28,621 bases of DNA from IMG/VR virus record IMGVR_UViG_2939147180_000004; one strand, given 5' to 3'. How positions within the stretch are numbered: the stretch's first letter is position 1; every line of letters starts with the position of its first letter. The DNA comes from a virus (lineage: Duplodnaviria > Heunggongvirae > Uroviricota > Caudoviricetes). The position numbers and the translations under genes are program-made. Positions 1-8,873 of this stretch are shown piece after piece. Below the pieces are notes generated by a model. It was not told the DNA's origin. It ran no database searches and saw only the letters and a program-made list of their open reading frames with translations.

Positions 1-19
1 CTATTTGATAAATATTAAA

Positions 20-1300
20 TTAATTTTTCATTGCTTCGTTATGGGGCATGGTTGGGGCAAACTCGCTTAACTGTGTATTTAACAAAGCTACCTGTGCATT
101 ATTGTTTTCAGACATCCATTTTCCGTATACCTGAAATACCATTTGCGCATCTGCATGGCCCATCTGGTTTGCTATAAATGCCGGGTTAGCACCAGCTGTC
201 AGCGACCAGCAGGCATAAGTATGTCTCGACTGATATGATTTTCGATGGCGGAGTCCGGCACGTTTTATCGCTGCGTCCCACATCTGCCTTATTGAGTCAA
301 CGGTAAAATGGTCACCATAATTTTTTACTCTCGCTGACACTTCAGGTTGAAAAACAAAGGTGCATTTTTGTTTTTCTGTTCTGCCATACTCTCTGAGGTG
401 AACATCAATGATATGCTCTTTGCTCAGTCTCGTTAATGTCATCTGGCTCCGGAGAGCGTCGATTGCTGGCTTAATAAGATGAATGACCCGATTGGTTCCC
501 GCCTGTGTTTTTGGTACCGTGAAACGGTCTTTTGCTAAATTTCTCCTGATCATCATTGTTCCATTTTTCAGATCTATGTCCTCCCATCCAAGTGCACACA
601 GCTCACCAGGGCGAACGCCAGTATAAACAGAAACACACCATAAATTTTTTGCTTGCTGATTTCTGCACGCATCGATAAGACGGATAAATTCCTCCCGCGA
701 AAGAGGATCCGGAATGGTTCTTGATTCCTTTAATGGCGAGATCCCCTTAAGCGGATTATCTGGCAGGTAACCGTTATCAACACCAAACTGGAACACGGCG
801 TTAAGATTTGTCATGTAATTATTTACAGTTACAGCCGATCGCCCTGGTTGTGTAACAATATAGTTACTTTTGGGGATCTGGTATCCAGTCAGTAGCTCTT
901 TACGAACCTCCAGTAATTTTTCTTTATTAATCGATGAGGCAAGATTTTTTTCACCGATTATGCTCAGGATATTTTTGATGACGGCACGGTATGTGTTGAG
1001 TGATGTTTTGGCGACTTCAGTTTCTTTCAGTGCCAGAAATTTTTCAGCCAGTTCTTTTATGGTTAAATCTTGTCGGGCCTCACCAAATTTTTCCAGATTG
1101 CGTGAGGAGGGAAACTGTTTTGCATAGTCGAAAACACCAGTTTTTATTGCGTAACAAACAGAGGAGCGTAGTTCACCTGCAACGCGCCTGTTTTTTGCTG
1201 TGTCAGGAACCCCCAGATTTTCCCTGACTCTTACGCCTTTATAAACAAACCAGATACGTAATTTCCCTCCATGGTTTTCCACGCCTGTCGGATATTTCAT
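20..1300 (-). CDS. int: Phage integrase, tyrosine recombinase (lambda Int family), about 426 aa
   Basis: ORF 20..1315 minus; C-terminal ...RHRKSYQSRHTYACWSLTAGANP...VYGKW fits the R/H/Y catalytic signature. The second in-frame ATG (1300) has a GAGAGAAG purine-rich stretch upstream; the first (1315) has none. First gene of the leftward operon at the window edge. Confidence 0.9.
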   Translation of the reverse strand: MKYPTGVENHGGKLRIWFVYKGVRVRENLGVPDTAKNRRVAGELRSSVCYAIKTGVFDYAKQFPSSRNLEKFGEARQDLTIKELAEKFLALKETEVAKTSLNTYRAVIKNILSIIGEKNLASSINKEKLLEVRKELLTGYQIPKSNYIVTQPGRSAVTVNNYMTNLNAVFQFGVDNGYLPDNPLKGISPLKESRTIPDPLSREEFIRLIDACRNQQAKNLWCVSVYTGVRPGELCALGWEDIDLKNGTMMIRRNLAKDRFTVPKTQAGTNRVIHLIKPAIDALRSQMTLTRLSKEHIIDVHLREYGRTEKQKCTFVFQPEVSARVKNYGDHFTVDSIRQMWDAAIKRAGLRHRKSYQSRHTYACWSLTAGANPAFIANQMGHADAQMVFQVYGKWMSENNNAQVALLNTQLSEFAPTMPHNEAMKN

Positions 1301-1334
1301 TTCAACTTCTCTCATTAGTTAGTGTGGCTTTTAG

Positions 1335-1586
1335 TCAAGTAAGATGACGTCTTGGTCTCGCTGATGCCTGGCGCTCAATCCAGCGATCAATTTCTTCCAG
1401 GTTGTAAAAGCATGGACTGTTATCCCATGGCATACCGTCATGAGCGACATGCTTATATTCCCTTCCTTCCATAAACGATTTTTCCCGGGCCTTTTTTAAC
1501 GTACCTTTTTTTATTCCTTTCAGCGCAATTAACTGCTCTTCGGATACCCATTTGCCGGGAGAGACAATCATGATTACTTCGCTCAT
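1335..1586 (-). CDS. xis: Excisionase-like small protein (83 aa)
   Basis: Small basic ORF immediately upstream of and co-directional with int, 20-35 bp gap; N-terminus MSEVIMIVSPGKWVSEEQL resembles prophage excisionase-like proteins. Assignment by position and recalled similarity. Confidence 0.6.
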   Translation of the reverse strand: MSEVIMIVSPGKWVSEEQLIALKGIKKGTLKKAREKSFMEGREYKHVAHDGMPWDNSPCFYNLEEIDRWIERQASARPRRHLT

Positions 1587-1658
1587 CGATTTCTTTATCT
1601 CTTACATCAGACGAGCGCCGGTTGCAGAATACCAGTCACAACCGGCGACAGTTGAACA

Positions 1659-4130
1659 TTAAGAATCAGCCTGACTCGGGATCAGTTTTTGCCAGATAAC
1701 TGAAACGTATTTTGCCTGGTAACGGGCGTCATCAAGTGCATTATGGCGCTCACCTTCGAATGGAATAGCCGTTCTGGCATCGAAGTCTATGGCTTTCCCC
1801 AGCTCAACGATTGTGCGTACATCGCGATCGTTGTAGTAACGCCACGGGCAGGGGATCCCCTGCCGTTCGTATGAACGGCGCAAAATCGTGTTGTCGAAGT
1901 TGGCTCCATTTCCCCAAACCTGAACAAAAAATTCACCGGAGTTTTCGTCGATAAATTCCCGCAATTGTAACAGTGCATCATCTAACGGGATTTCATCGGT
2001 CATAATGGCAGATTGCGCTTCGCGTGATTGCTTAAGCCACCATTTAATGGTGTTCCGATCAATGACTCCGCCAGCAGTTTCCAGATCGATAGTCTTACTA
2101 AATTCCGGTCCCATATCTCCGGTTTGCGGATCGAAAAATATTGCACCTATTGAGATGATCGGGGCATCAGGATTTTTTCCCATGGTTTCAAGGTCGATCA
2201 TTAGATGGTCACACGTCCTGCTGGTGGATGTGATTTCGTGATGACCGTTCACCTTAATTGAGTGATCTGCCGTCTCGCCAGTTTCATTATCGCTATTGTG
2301 ATGCTGATTGCCGCCAGTGTTCTCCTTGTGTGGATGTTCAGCGCCTTCCATTTCCTCCGGATCATCTTCCTGAACTTCAACCTGATATTCTTCATCGAAT
2401 GTTTCTTGATATGTTGCGTCGCCCATCACCGCGCCACAATCAGGGCAGTTGCCGCCGCCGGTCTGACCGCAGGCGGTGCAGACTTTTTCCACTTCCTGTT
2501 GCGCCACTGGTTCAGGCTGTTTCGTTTCTGGCTCGTTTTGTAACGCATTTGTGCTGTTTTGTTCCGCTTTTTGGTAGTTCCGTTCCGATTCATGCTGGTT
2601 CTGGTTCACAGAATCGCGGGTCTGGATCCCCTTAACCCATTTCGGATCATTCGGGTCACTAATCCCTTCAACAAATTCACCACGTGATGCAGCAAGCAAC
2701 TTATCGGCGTCAGGCTGGCTGATATTGGCTGCCTGCATAATTTTGTTTACTTCGTCAGCGGTAACTTTTATCGGCTCTGGTTGTTCTGAATCTTCAGCGG
2801 TATCTACATTTTGCGGTAAGCCCGTGTATGTGCCATTTTTTCGGGCAAAATATTCTTCTTTTGTGATTTCAGTGGCGCCAGCAGCCAGTGCCTTATCCAG
2901 ACCAGAAAGTTTGTTTGCGCGACCGTATTTTTCTCCGTCCTTATCTGCGAAGAGGAAATAGAACGGCCCCTCACGCTCTACAGATGGTTCAGCTTCCGGC
3001 GCGGTTTCATTTTTTGGGATATCAGATACCTCAGTTTCCACTGCATCAGTTTGTGTTTCTGATGACTGGAGAACATCAACAGTGCCCAGGTCTGTTTCTT
3101 CATTCTCAAACACGCCCTTTGTCGTCAGGTATTCGCAGATATATTTGTTCAGTGCTATGGGATCTTTGTGAATGTCGATCGGACGCTCACGGACAAGGCC
3201 AAAAATAGTCTGGCGGTCGTAGCGAAGGGCATCAGGCTGTTTGCGCATTGATGCCGAGATACGCTTCCAGTCTTCGCGGTCGTTGTCGATAACTTCTTTT
3301 TTTGCCCAGCGATGGATGCTGCCGTCAATGTTTCCGGCATCCACATCACCAGGCCAGAGAGCGTAGGCCAGTTCGTCATCCAGTGTTTTCCATGTCTGCT
3401 TGTATTCGCGATGAATGGCAGCAATGACCGGGCTGATTTTTCCTGTTGAATTTTCAGTGTACTGTTGATTGGCTCTGGCGCGGGCGAGATCAACAACAGA
3501 CGTGTATTTTCCGGTTTCCTTGCGTTCACCTTCGCGACGTTTTTTCCAGATGCGCATCTCTGCCTGAATTTCGGGCCATTTAGCACCAGGAATACATTTA
3601 TGCTTAACCCACCCAATGGCGTGCAACTTAAGCTCCGGATACATGGCGTTAACTTCTGGCATTTTCATCAACGCTTCAACGATATGTCCGTCGAATGTTG
3701 CCATGTCTTCCTGCAACAATTCCTGTGCGCTAATAACCATATCAACGGTGATGTTTTCACATGTGTCGAACTTAACCATGACAGCGTTCTGTACTTCAGG
3801 GGCCAGCTTGTCAAAAGTGACGTTCATCGGATCGGATTCAGTCTCAACCGGGACAAAAGAAGCAGACTCCTCATCCCAGCGGTTTTCCTGCATATATTCA
3901 GCATCCCATGAATCGAGGGCAGGGCGGGGTATGCCAGGTTTATCCTCGCAGACAATAAATTTATAAGCGCAGTCCTGAGCAGCCGGATAATGTTCCAGGA
4001 ACTGCCAGTGAAATTTTGCTCGAGCACGGCGTTCGTCGCCAGCTTCAATGGCTGTGGCTACAGCCACAGCGCCTTCTTCCCTTGTTGCCAGTTCGTCAGG
4101 AATAGCGGCGCAAATAAAGACTTTACTCAT
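1659..4130 (-). CDS. Phage exonuclease, 823 aa: RecE-like acidic/zinc-ribbon linker with a C-terminal DnaQ-like DEDDh 3'-5' exonuclease domain
   Basis: C-terminal motifs LMIDLETMG (Exo I), VWGNGANFD (Exo II) and HNALDDARY (Exo III, DEDDh). Central segment KLLAASRGEFVEGISDPNDPKWVKG...CTACGQTGGGNCPDCGAV...EDDPEEMEG matches my recollection of the Rac RecE linker. RBS GAGG upstream of the ATG at 4130. Confidence 0.75.
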   Translation of the reverse strand: MSKVFICAAIPDELATREEGAVAVATAIEAGDERRARAKFHWQFLEHYPAAQDCAYKFIVCEDKPGIPRPALDSWDAEYMQENRWDEESASFVPVETESDPMNVTFDKLAPEVQNAVMVKFDTCENITVDMVISAQELLQEDMATFDGHIVEALMKMPEVNAMYPELKLHAIGWVKHKCIPGAKWPEIQAEMRIWKKRREGERKETGKYTSVVDLARARANQQYTENSTGKISPVIAAIHREYKQTWKTLDDELAYALWPGDVDAGNIDGSIHRWAKKEVIDNDREDWKRISASMRKQPDALRYDRQTIFGLVRERPIDIHKDPIALNKYICEYLTTKGVFENEETDLGTVDVLQSSETQTDAVETEVSDIPKNETAPEAEPSVEREGPFYFLFADKDGEKYGRANKLSGLDKALAAGATEITKEEYFARKNGTYTGLPQNVDTAEDSEQPEPIKVTADEVNKIMQAANISQPDADKLLAASRGEFVEGISDPNDPKWVKGIQTRDSVNQNQHESERNYQKAEQNSTNALQNEPETKQPEPVAQQEVEKVCTACGQTGGGNCPDCGAVMGDATYQETFDEEYQVEVQEDDPEEMEGAEHPHKENTGGNQHHNSDNETGETADHSIKVNGHHEITSTSRTCDHLMIDLETMGKNPDAPIISIGAIFFDPQTGDMGPEFSKTIDLETAGGVIDRNTIKWWLKQSREAQSAIMTDEIPLDDALLQLREFIDENSGEFFVQVWGNGANFDNTILRRSYERQGIPCPWRYYNDRDVRTIVELGKAIDFDARTAIPFEGERHNALDDARYQAKYVSVIWQKLIPSQADS

Positions 4131-4223
4131 TTTGTTTTAACCTCATGACAGATTTAAGGATGAACAAATCCCTGCCATTGCTGGCATATAAGAATGAAAC
4201 CGGATATTTATTACGGAACTGTT

Positions 4224-4415
4224 TTAAAGACCTGCCGGGATTTCGATATTATCCTGGTGAATAACTTTATCGACCGGGTAACAGTTACCGGGAATTTTCT
4301 GTTCGGTTGCTGCAGTCATACACTCCTGCATTGTCCTGTGAACACTGACTGCAATATCAACTGGCTCTCCGGAAACAAGAAAAACTGTCAGAACAAGCGC
4401 AAATGCTGAATTCAT
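4224..4415 (-). CDS. Small secreted/membrane protein (63 aa, N-terminal signal-like MNSAFALVLTVFLVSG)
   Basis: Internal ATG of ORF 4224..4469; AAGGA RBS 8 nt upstream; start codon overlaps the stop of the upstream gene in an ATGA arrangement. Confidence 0.45.
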   Translation of the reverse strand: MNSAFALVLTVFLVSGEPVDIAVSVHRTMQECMTAATEQKIPGNCYPVDKVIHQDNIEIPAGL

Positions 4416-4600
4416 TGTGCACATCCTTTTGGCATCAGACGTAAACGAGCCAGCATTGAAACAATGCATATTTTATTTAATAGCTCCCGTTCTTGTTTTC
4501 TCTTGTTAATGGCCTCTTCAGTAAATACAGGGTTACTGATAGTGACACCAATTTCAAAACAACCTTCAGACGTATTAACGTTTGGTAATAACGTTTTCAT
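4412..4600 (-). CDS. Hypothetical small protein (62 aa)
   Basis: Internal ATG of ORF 4412..4705 with GAGGA RBS 7 nt upstream; translationally coupled (ATGA overlap) to the downstream 63-aa gene. Confidence 0.45.
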   Translation of the reverse strand: MKTLLPNVNTSEGCFEIGVTISNPVFTEEAINKRKQERELLNKICIVSMLARLRLMPKGCAQ

Positions 4601-5102
4601 TATCGCGTCCTCAACAATGAATTTTGTGATGCAGTGCCTGGTGCCTCCAGGTGACGTTAACCAGTTAACAATTAACGCCGGATACAGAGAATCCACCCAT
4701 AACACTGTTTTTGGTTTTAACTGTTCCGCGTGCGCTTAGCCGCATTCACCGCATCACAAAATTCACTTTAAAAACGGCGGCAGAGCAGTCACGGAGTAAA
4801 ACTGATACCGCCAAACGTCACCAGAAAATTGATAACAGAGGGCGTTGCAGCGGGGTTGTCACTTAAGCGTATGGTCAACCTGACAACTCGGTGTCCTCAA
4901 CGGGGAAGGAATAACCCCGCCATACTTACCGCCGCGCCATTTCGCGGGTTGCCACAACCGGAAGCGCACGGTCGAATTAAATTTAACGACACCGTACAGT
5001 GAGACGAACTTCGCCGTGCGCTTTCGTGTTGTGTGCCTGCTTTTAACCACGTCAGGCGAGGTGGTATCCTTCTTATTCCGAATAACCAAGAAGGAAATCT
5101 AT

Positions 5103-5303
5103 ATGACTAAAGAAGAATTTGTCTCTTATATTTTTGATAAAACGGTTGAAATGTATGCCGCTACTTACGGGTCCTGTAATCCTCTGAATAAACCAGAGGG
5201 GAAAGATGATTTCGACAAAATTTACCGCTTCTTGGAGGACCGCTATATCAAAAGGTTAGAGGACGCAGGGATCAAATCCCCAGTGAAGTCACCATTGTCC
5301 TGA
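5103..5303 (+). CDS. Hypothetical small protein (66 aa), opposite in orientation to the early-left operon
   Basis: ATG at 5103 preceded by AAGGA 7 nt upstream (internal start of ORF 5016..5303). Charged, non-repetitive sequence MTKEEFVSYIFDKTVEMYAATYG... The 5' leader can pair TCCTTCTT with AAGAAGGA. Confidence 0.4.
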   Translation: MTKEEFVSYIFDKTVEMYAATYGSCNPLNKPEGKDDFDKIYRFLEDRYIKRLEDAGIKSPVKSPLS

Positions 5304-5637
5304 GAACTTGCAGGACGTCATGATCGTAACTTCCATCCAAACCGCGACGGCAAATTGCTTCTCGTATTACCGGAAGCAGTTCGCTGGAAATCTCGGTGCA
5401 TATTTCACCTGCTAATACGCCTGGCTCAAGTGAGAATATTGGTGAACTTACGGTCTTGGTCTCGACAGTTTCAGAGTCAGTGCCAACATTATAAAGCTCA
5501 ACGAAAGCGGTCTTGATTTTCCGGGCCAGATCTTTTGCTGGCTCGCTTGCAATATCTTTCCCGATTTCTCGCAGCACAGAATGCAATGTATGAGCTGCTG
5601 TTTTCTGTACATCAGACGGTAAATCTTTAAATTCCAT
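5272..5637 (-). CDS. Hypothetical protein (121 aa) at the head of the leftward operon
   Basis: ORF 5272..5649 minus; second ATG (5637) has GAGG 6 nt upstream. Its 3' end overlaps the 3' end of the plus-strand 66-aa gene by 32 bp. No HTH or peptidase S24 motifs seen. Confidence 0.45.
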   Translation of the reverse strand: MEFKDLPSDVQKTAAHTLHSVLREIGKDIASEPAKDLARKIKTAFVELYNVGTDSETVETKTVSSPIFSLEPGVLAGEICTEISSELLPVIREAICRRGLDGSYDHDVLQVLRTMVTSLGI

Positions 5638-5849
5638 CGTCAGCCTCATCAGTCAGTGTTTCTGGCTAACCAGCAACGCGCGCCAGATTCGGTTTTAAAC
5701 GTTTTGCTTTTGGTATATGTCATCGCGGTGAACGTACCGTCCTGGTTGGGGAACACGCCACATACAGGAGGCATCTGGCGGCGAGCTTCTGTATGATCCC
5801 AAGGTTTATGACGAATATCGTAAGACGAAGCGGGCGGGGCGGTTGAACA

Positions 5850-6371
5850 ATGAAAATCACTCCTGAACAGGCTCGTGAGGCTCTGGATGCCTGGATATGT
5901 CGACCAGGAATGACACAGGAGCAGGCGACGATATTAATCACTGAAGCATTCTGGGCTTTGAAAGAGCGCCCGAACATCGATGTTCAGCGTGTCACAGATG
6001 AAGGTGGCGCGGTTGATCAGCGAGCGCTTGGCGTTAATCGAGTGAAGATATTCGAACGCTGGAAGGCTATCGACACTAGGGATAAGCGTGAAAAGTTCAC
6101 GGCGCTAGTGCCTGCAATTATGGAGGCTATCCGGATTAATGATTTCAGGTTGTATCGTGAAATTAGTGACGGAAAAAGCATCACGTACATGATCGCCGGG
6201 TTAAACAAAGAATATGGCGATGTGGTGGAGTCCGGACTGCTTTTTGCTGATCCTGCCGTAGTGGATCGTGAAACTGACGAACTTATAGAAAAAGCAATTG
6301 CTTTCAAACTTGCGTATCGACAGCAATACCAACAAAAAGCTGGATGGAATTATGAGCCTTCTTTTTGCTGA
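5850..6371 (+). CDS. Hypothetical protein (173 aa), first gene of the rightward operon (cII position)
   Basis: ORF with ATG at 5850 directly upstream of, and overlapping by 20 nt, the replication initiator gene. No confident family assignment. Confidence 0.5.
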   Translation: MKITPEQAREALDAWICRPGMTQEQATILITEAFWALKERPNIDVQRVTDEGGAVDQRALGVNRVKIFERWKAIDTRDKREKFTALVPAIMEAIRINDFRLYREISDGKSITYMIAGLNKEYGDVVESGLLFADPAVVDRETDELIEKAIAFKLAYRQQYQQKAGWNYEPSFC

Positions 6372-7317
6372 ACGCCCACTGGTTATAAACACACAGCTTG
6401 CGATGAAGATTGGCTTAAATGAAGCCATTGTGTTGCAGCAGTTGCATTACTGGTTGAGAGATACCAATTCCGGCATGGAATGTGATGGTGTTCGCTGGAT
6501 TTACAACACAACGGAACAATGGCTGGAACAGTTCCCATTCTGGTCAGAGTCAACGTTAAAGCGCGCGTTTGCAAGTCTGAAAACGCTGGGGCTTTTGCGT
6601 TGTGAAAAGCTCAATAAATCAAAGCGCGATATGACCAATTTCTACACGATCAACTATGGGAACGAGCTTTTAGATGGTGGCAAATTGAACGAATCCATCG
6701 GTTCAAAATGCGCCGCTCCATCAGGTCAAAATGACACGATGGAAGAGGTCAAAATGAAACGCTCCATTGGTTCAAAACGACCCAATGTCATCGGGTCAAA
6801 ATGGCCTGATGATCTTACAGAGAATACAACAGAGATTACTACAGAGAATAAAAACACTTTTCGTCCGGAAGCTTCGCAACCGGACCCGCAGACCGCTGAA
6901 CAGGATTTTTTAATCCGGAACCCCGACGCGGTTGTGTTTAGTGCGAAAAAACGCCAGTGGGGTAGCAGGGAGGATTTGGCGTGTGCGCAGTGGATTTGGG
7001 GGCGGATCGTGAACCTTTACGAACAGGCTGCCAGCGACGATGGAGAGATCATGCGACCAAAAGAGCCTAACTGGACAGCCTGGGCCAATGACGTGCGCAC
7101 AATGCGGATGCTGGATGGCAGAAGCCACAGACAAATTTGCGAAATGTTTGGTCGGGTACAGCGAGATCCATTCTGGGTAAAAAACATCATGAGCCCGTCA
7201 AAACTCCGCGAAAAATGGGACGAACTGGTCATCCGCTTGGGACGTTCACCTGTACAGCGTTGTGTGAATCATATTTCTGAACCGGATACAGAAATTCCGC
7301 CTGGTTTCAGGGGATAA
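6352..7317 (+). CDS. Phage replication initiator (lambda O-like N-terminal winged-helix domain, DnaT-like C-terminus ...EPDTEIPPGFRG)
   Basis: N-terminus MSLLFAERPLVINTQLAMKIGLNEAIVLQQLHYWL is typical of replisome-organiser N domains; C-terminal PPGFRG tail resembles the primosomal DnaT C-terminus; iterons lie inside the gene. Start at the internal ATG 6352 is preferred over ORF start 6298. Confidence 0.8.
   Translation: MSLLFAERPLVINTQLAMKIGLNEAIVLQQLHYWLRDTNSGMECDGVRWIYNTTEQWLEQFPFWSESTLKRAFASLKTLGLLRCEKLNKSKRDMTNFYTINYGNELLDGGKLNESIGSKCAAPSGQNDTMEEVKMKRSIGSKRPNVIGSKWPDDLTENTTEITTENKNTFRPEASQPDPQTAEQDFLIRNPDAVVFSAKKRQWGSREDLACAQWIWGRIVNLYEQAASDDGEIMRPKEPNWTAWANDVRTMRMLDGRSHRQICEMFGRVQRDPFWVKNIMSPSKLREKWDELVIRLGRSPVQRCVNHISEPDTEIPPGFRG
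6697..6850. repeat. Replication-origin-like iteron array (5 x GGT(T)CAAAA(T/C)G at ~23-25 bp spacing) followed by an A+T-rich 12-bp tandem repeat ACAGAGA(A/T)TA x3
   Basis: Iterons start at 6700, 6724, 6747, 6769 and 6794; ACAGAGAATA / ACAGAGATTA / ACAGAGAATA at 6817, 6829 and 6841. Location inside the initiator gene mirrors lambda ori inside O. Confidence 0.6.
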
Positions 7318-7644
7318 GTGTTGATTTCAGGTCATGAGGTAATTTTAAGGAGGACTTGTGGCAAAAGTTTTTACACAGGAAGAGCGGGAAAAAATTAAAG
7401 AGCAGGTGGTCGAACTTGTGCGCCAGAGCGGTCGCGAGACATTACGACAGTTGGAAGCTAAAACAGGTGCGACAAGATATCTGATGAGCATTCTTGCCAG
7501 AGAGCTGGTTGCCAGTGGTTATGTATACAACTCCGGCTACGGGTTATTCCCGTCTGAACAGGCACGAAAGGACTGGCAAAATGCCCGCAAAAAACTCTCT
7601 AGGGCGAAGGTGAAGAAACCCGCTGTGGTTGATTGGATTTGCCC

Positions 7645-8550
7645 CTATATTTCCAGACATCTGTTATCACTTAACCCATTACAAGCCCGCTGCCGCAGAT
7701 ATTCCCGTGGCGAGCGATAACCCAGCGCACTATGCGGATGCCATTCGTTATAATGCTCGAACGCCTCTGCAAGGTTCTTTGCTGCCGTTAACCCGTCTGG
7801 TTTGGGCATGATACTGATGTAGTCACGCTTTATCGTTTTCACGAAGCTCTCTGCTATTCCGTTACTCTCCGGACTCCGCACCGCCGTGTTCTTCGGTTCA
7901 AGTCCCAACATCCGGGCGAACTGGCGTGTTTCATTAGCCCGGTAGCATGAACCATTATCCGTCAGCCACTCCACTGGAGACGACGGAAGATCGTTGCCGA
8001 AGCGGCGTTCCACCGCTCCCAGCATGACGTCCTGTACTGTTTCACTGTTGAAGCCGCCGGTAGTGACCGCCCAGTGCAGTGCCTCACGATCACAGCAGTC
8101 CAGCGCGAACGTGACACGCAGTCTCTCTCCGTTATCACAGCAGAACTCGAACCCGTCAGAGCACCATCGCTGATTGCTTTCTTTCACGGCCACTCTGCCT
8201 GTATGTGCCCGTTTCGATGGCGGTACAGCAGGTTTTCGCTCAAGCAACAGCGCATTCTGGCGCATGATCCGGTAAACACGTTTGGCATTGATCGCAGGCA
8301 TACCATCAAGTTCTGCCTGTCTGCGAAGCAGCGCCCATACCCGACGATAACCATACGTGGGCAGCTCTCCGATAACATGGTGTATACGGAGAAGCACATC
8401 CGTATCATCAGTGTGACGACTGCGGCGGCCATCCATCCAGTCATCGGTTCGTCTGAGAATGACGTGCAACTGCGCACGCGACACCCGGAGACAACGGCTG
8501 ACTAAGCTTACTCCCCATCCCCGGGCAATAAGGGCGCGTGCGCTATCCAC
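7645..8550 (-). CDS. insD: IS2 transposase OrfB (InsD, 301 aa, DDE integrase-like)
   Basis: ORF 7645..8550 overlapping insC in the -1 frame; recognised as the IS2 InsD sequence. Confidence 0.9.
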
Positions 8551-8873
8551 TTTTTTGCCCGTCCATATTCAACGGCTTCTTTGAGGAGTTCATTTTCCAT
8601 CGTTTTCTTGCCGAGCAGGCGCTGGAGTTCTTTAATCTGCTTCATGGCGGCAGCAAGTTCAGAGGCAGGAACAACCTGTTCTCCGGCGGCGACAGCAGTA
8701 AGACTTCCTTCCTGGTATTGCTTACGCCAGAGAAATAACTGGCTGGCTGCTACACCATGTTGCCGGGCAACGAGGGAGACCGTCATCCCCGGTTCAAAGC
8801 TCTGCTGAACAATTGCGATCTTTTCCTGTGTGGTACGCCGTCTGCGTTTCTCCGGCCCTAAGACATCAATCAT
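8508..8873 (-). CDS. insC: IS2 transposase OrfA (InsC, 121 aa)
   Basis: [40 protein letters not shown]... (HTH); internal ATG of ORF 8508..8918; ends near the A6G slippery site used for the InsCD frameshift. Confidence 0.9.

Noticed and set aside
870-1227. Plus-strand ORFs of 75-85 aa inside the integrase gene
   Set aside because: Antisense to the integrase CDS, no RBS, hydrophobic low-complexity translation.
4860-5000. Possible tRNA or attachment-site remnant in the GC-rich non-coding stretch (ggtcgaatt resembles a T-loop)
   Set aside because: No acceptor/anticodon arm arrangement could be built by eye and the T-loop-like string deviates from GGTTCGAATCC; would need tRNAscan or Infernal to confirm absence.
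4859-5089. 76-aa minus-strand ORF with an Arg/Lys-rich stretch (KSRHTTRKRTAKF) resembling an N-antiterminator arginine-rich motif
   Set aside because: Only a TTG start, no RBS, no internal Met, and it overlaps the leader of the 66-aa plus-strand gene; the similarity is short and probably fortuitous. The region may instead be structured RNA or decayed coding sequence.
8074-8808. ORFs of 66-143 aa on the strand opposite the IS2 transposase genes (and their mirror images at 25812..26546)
   Set aside because: Antisense to the well-established insC/insD genes of IS2; no known IS2 product is encoded there.
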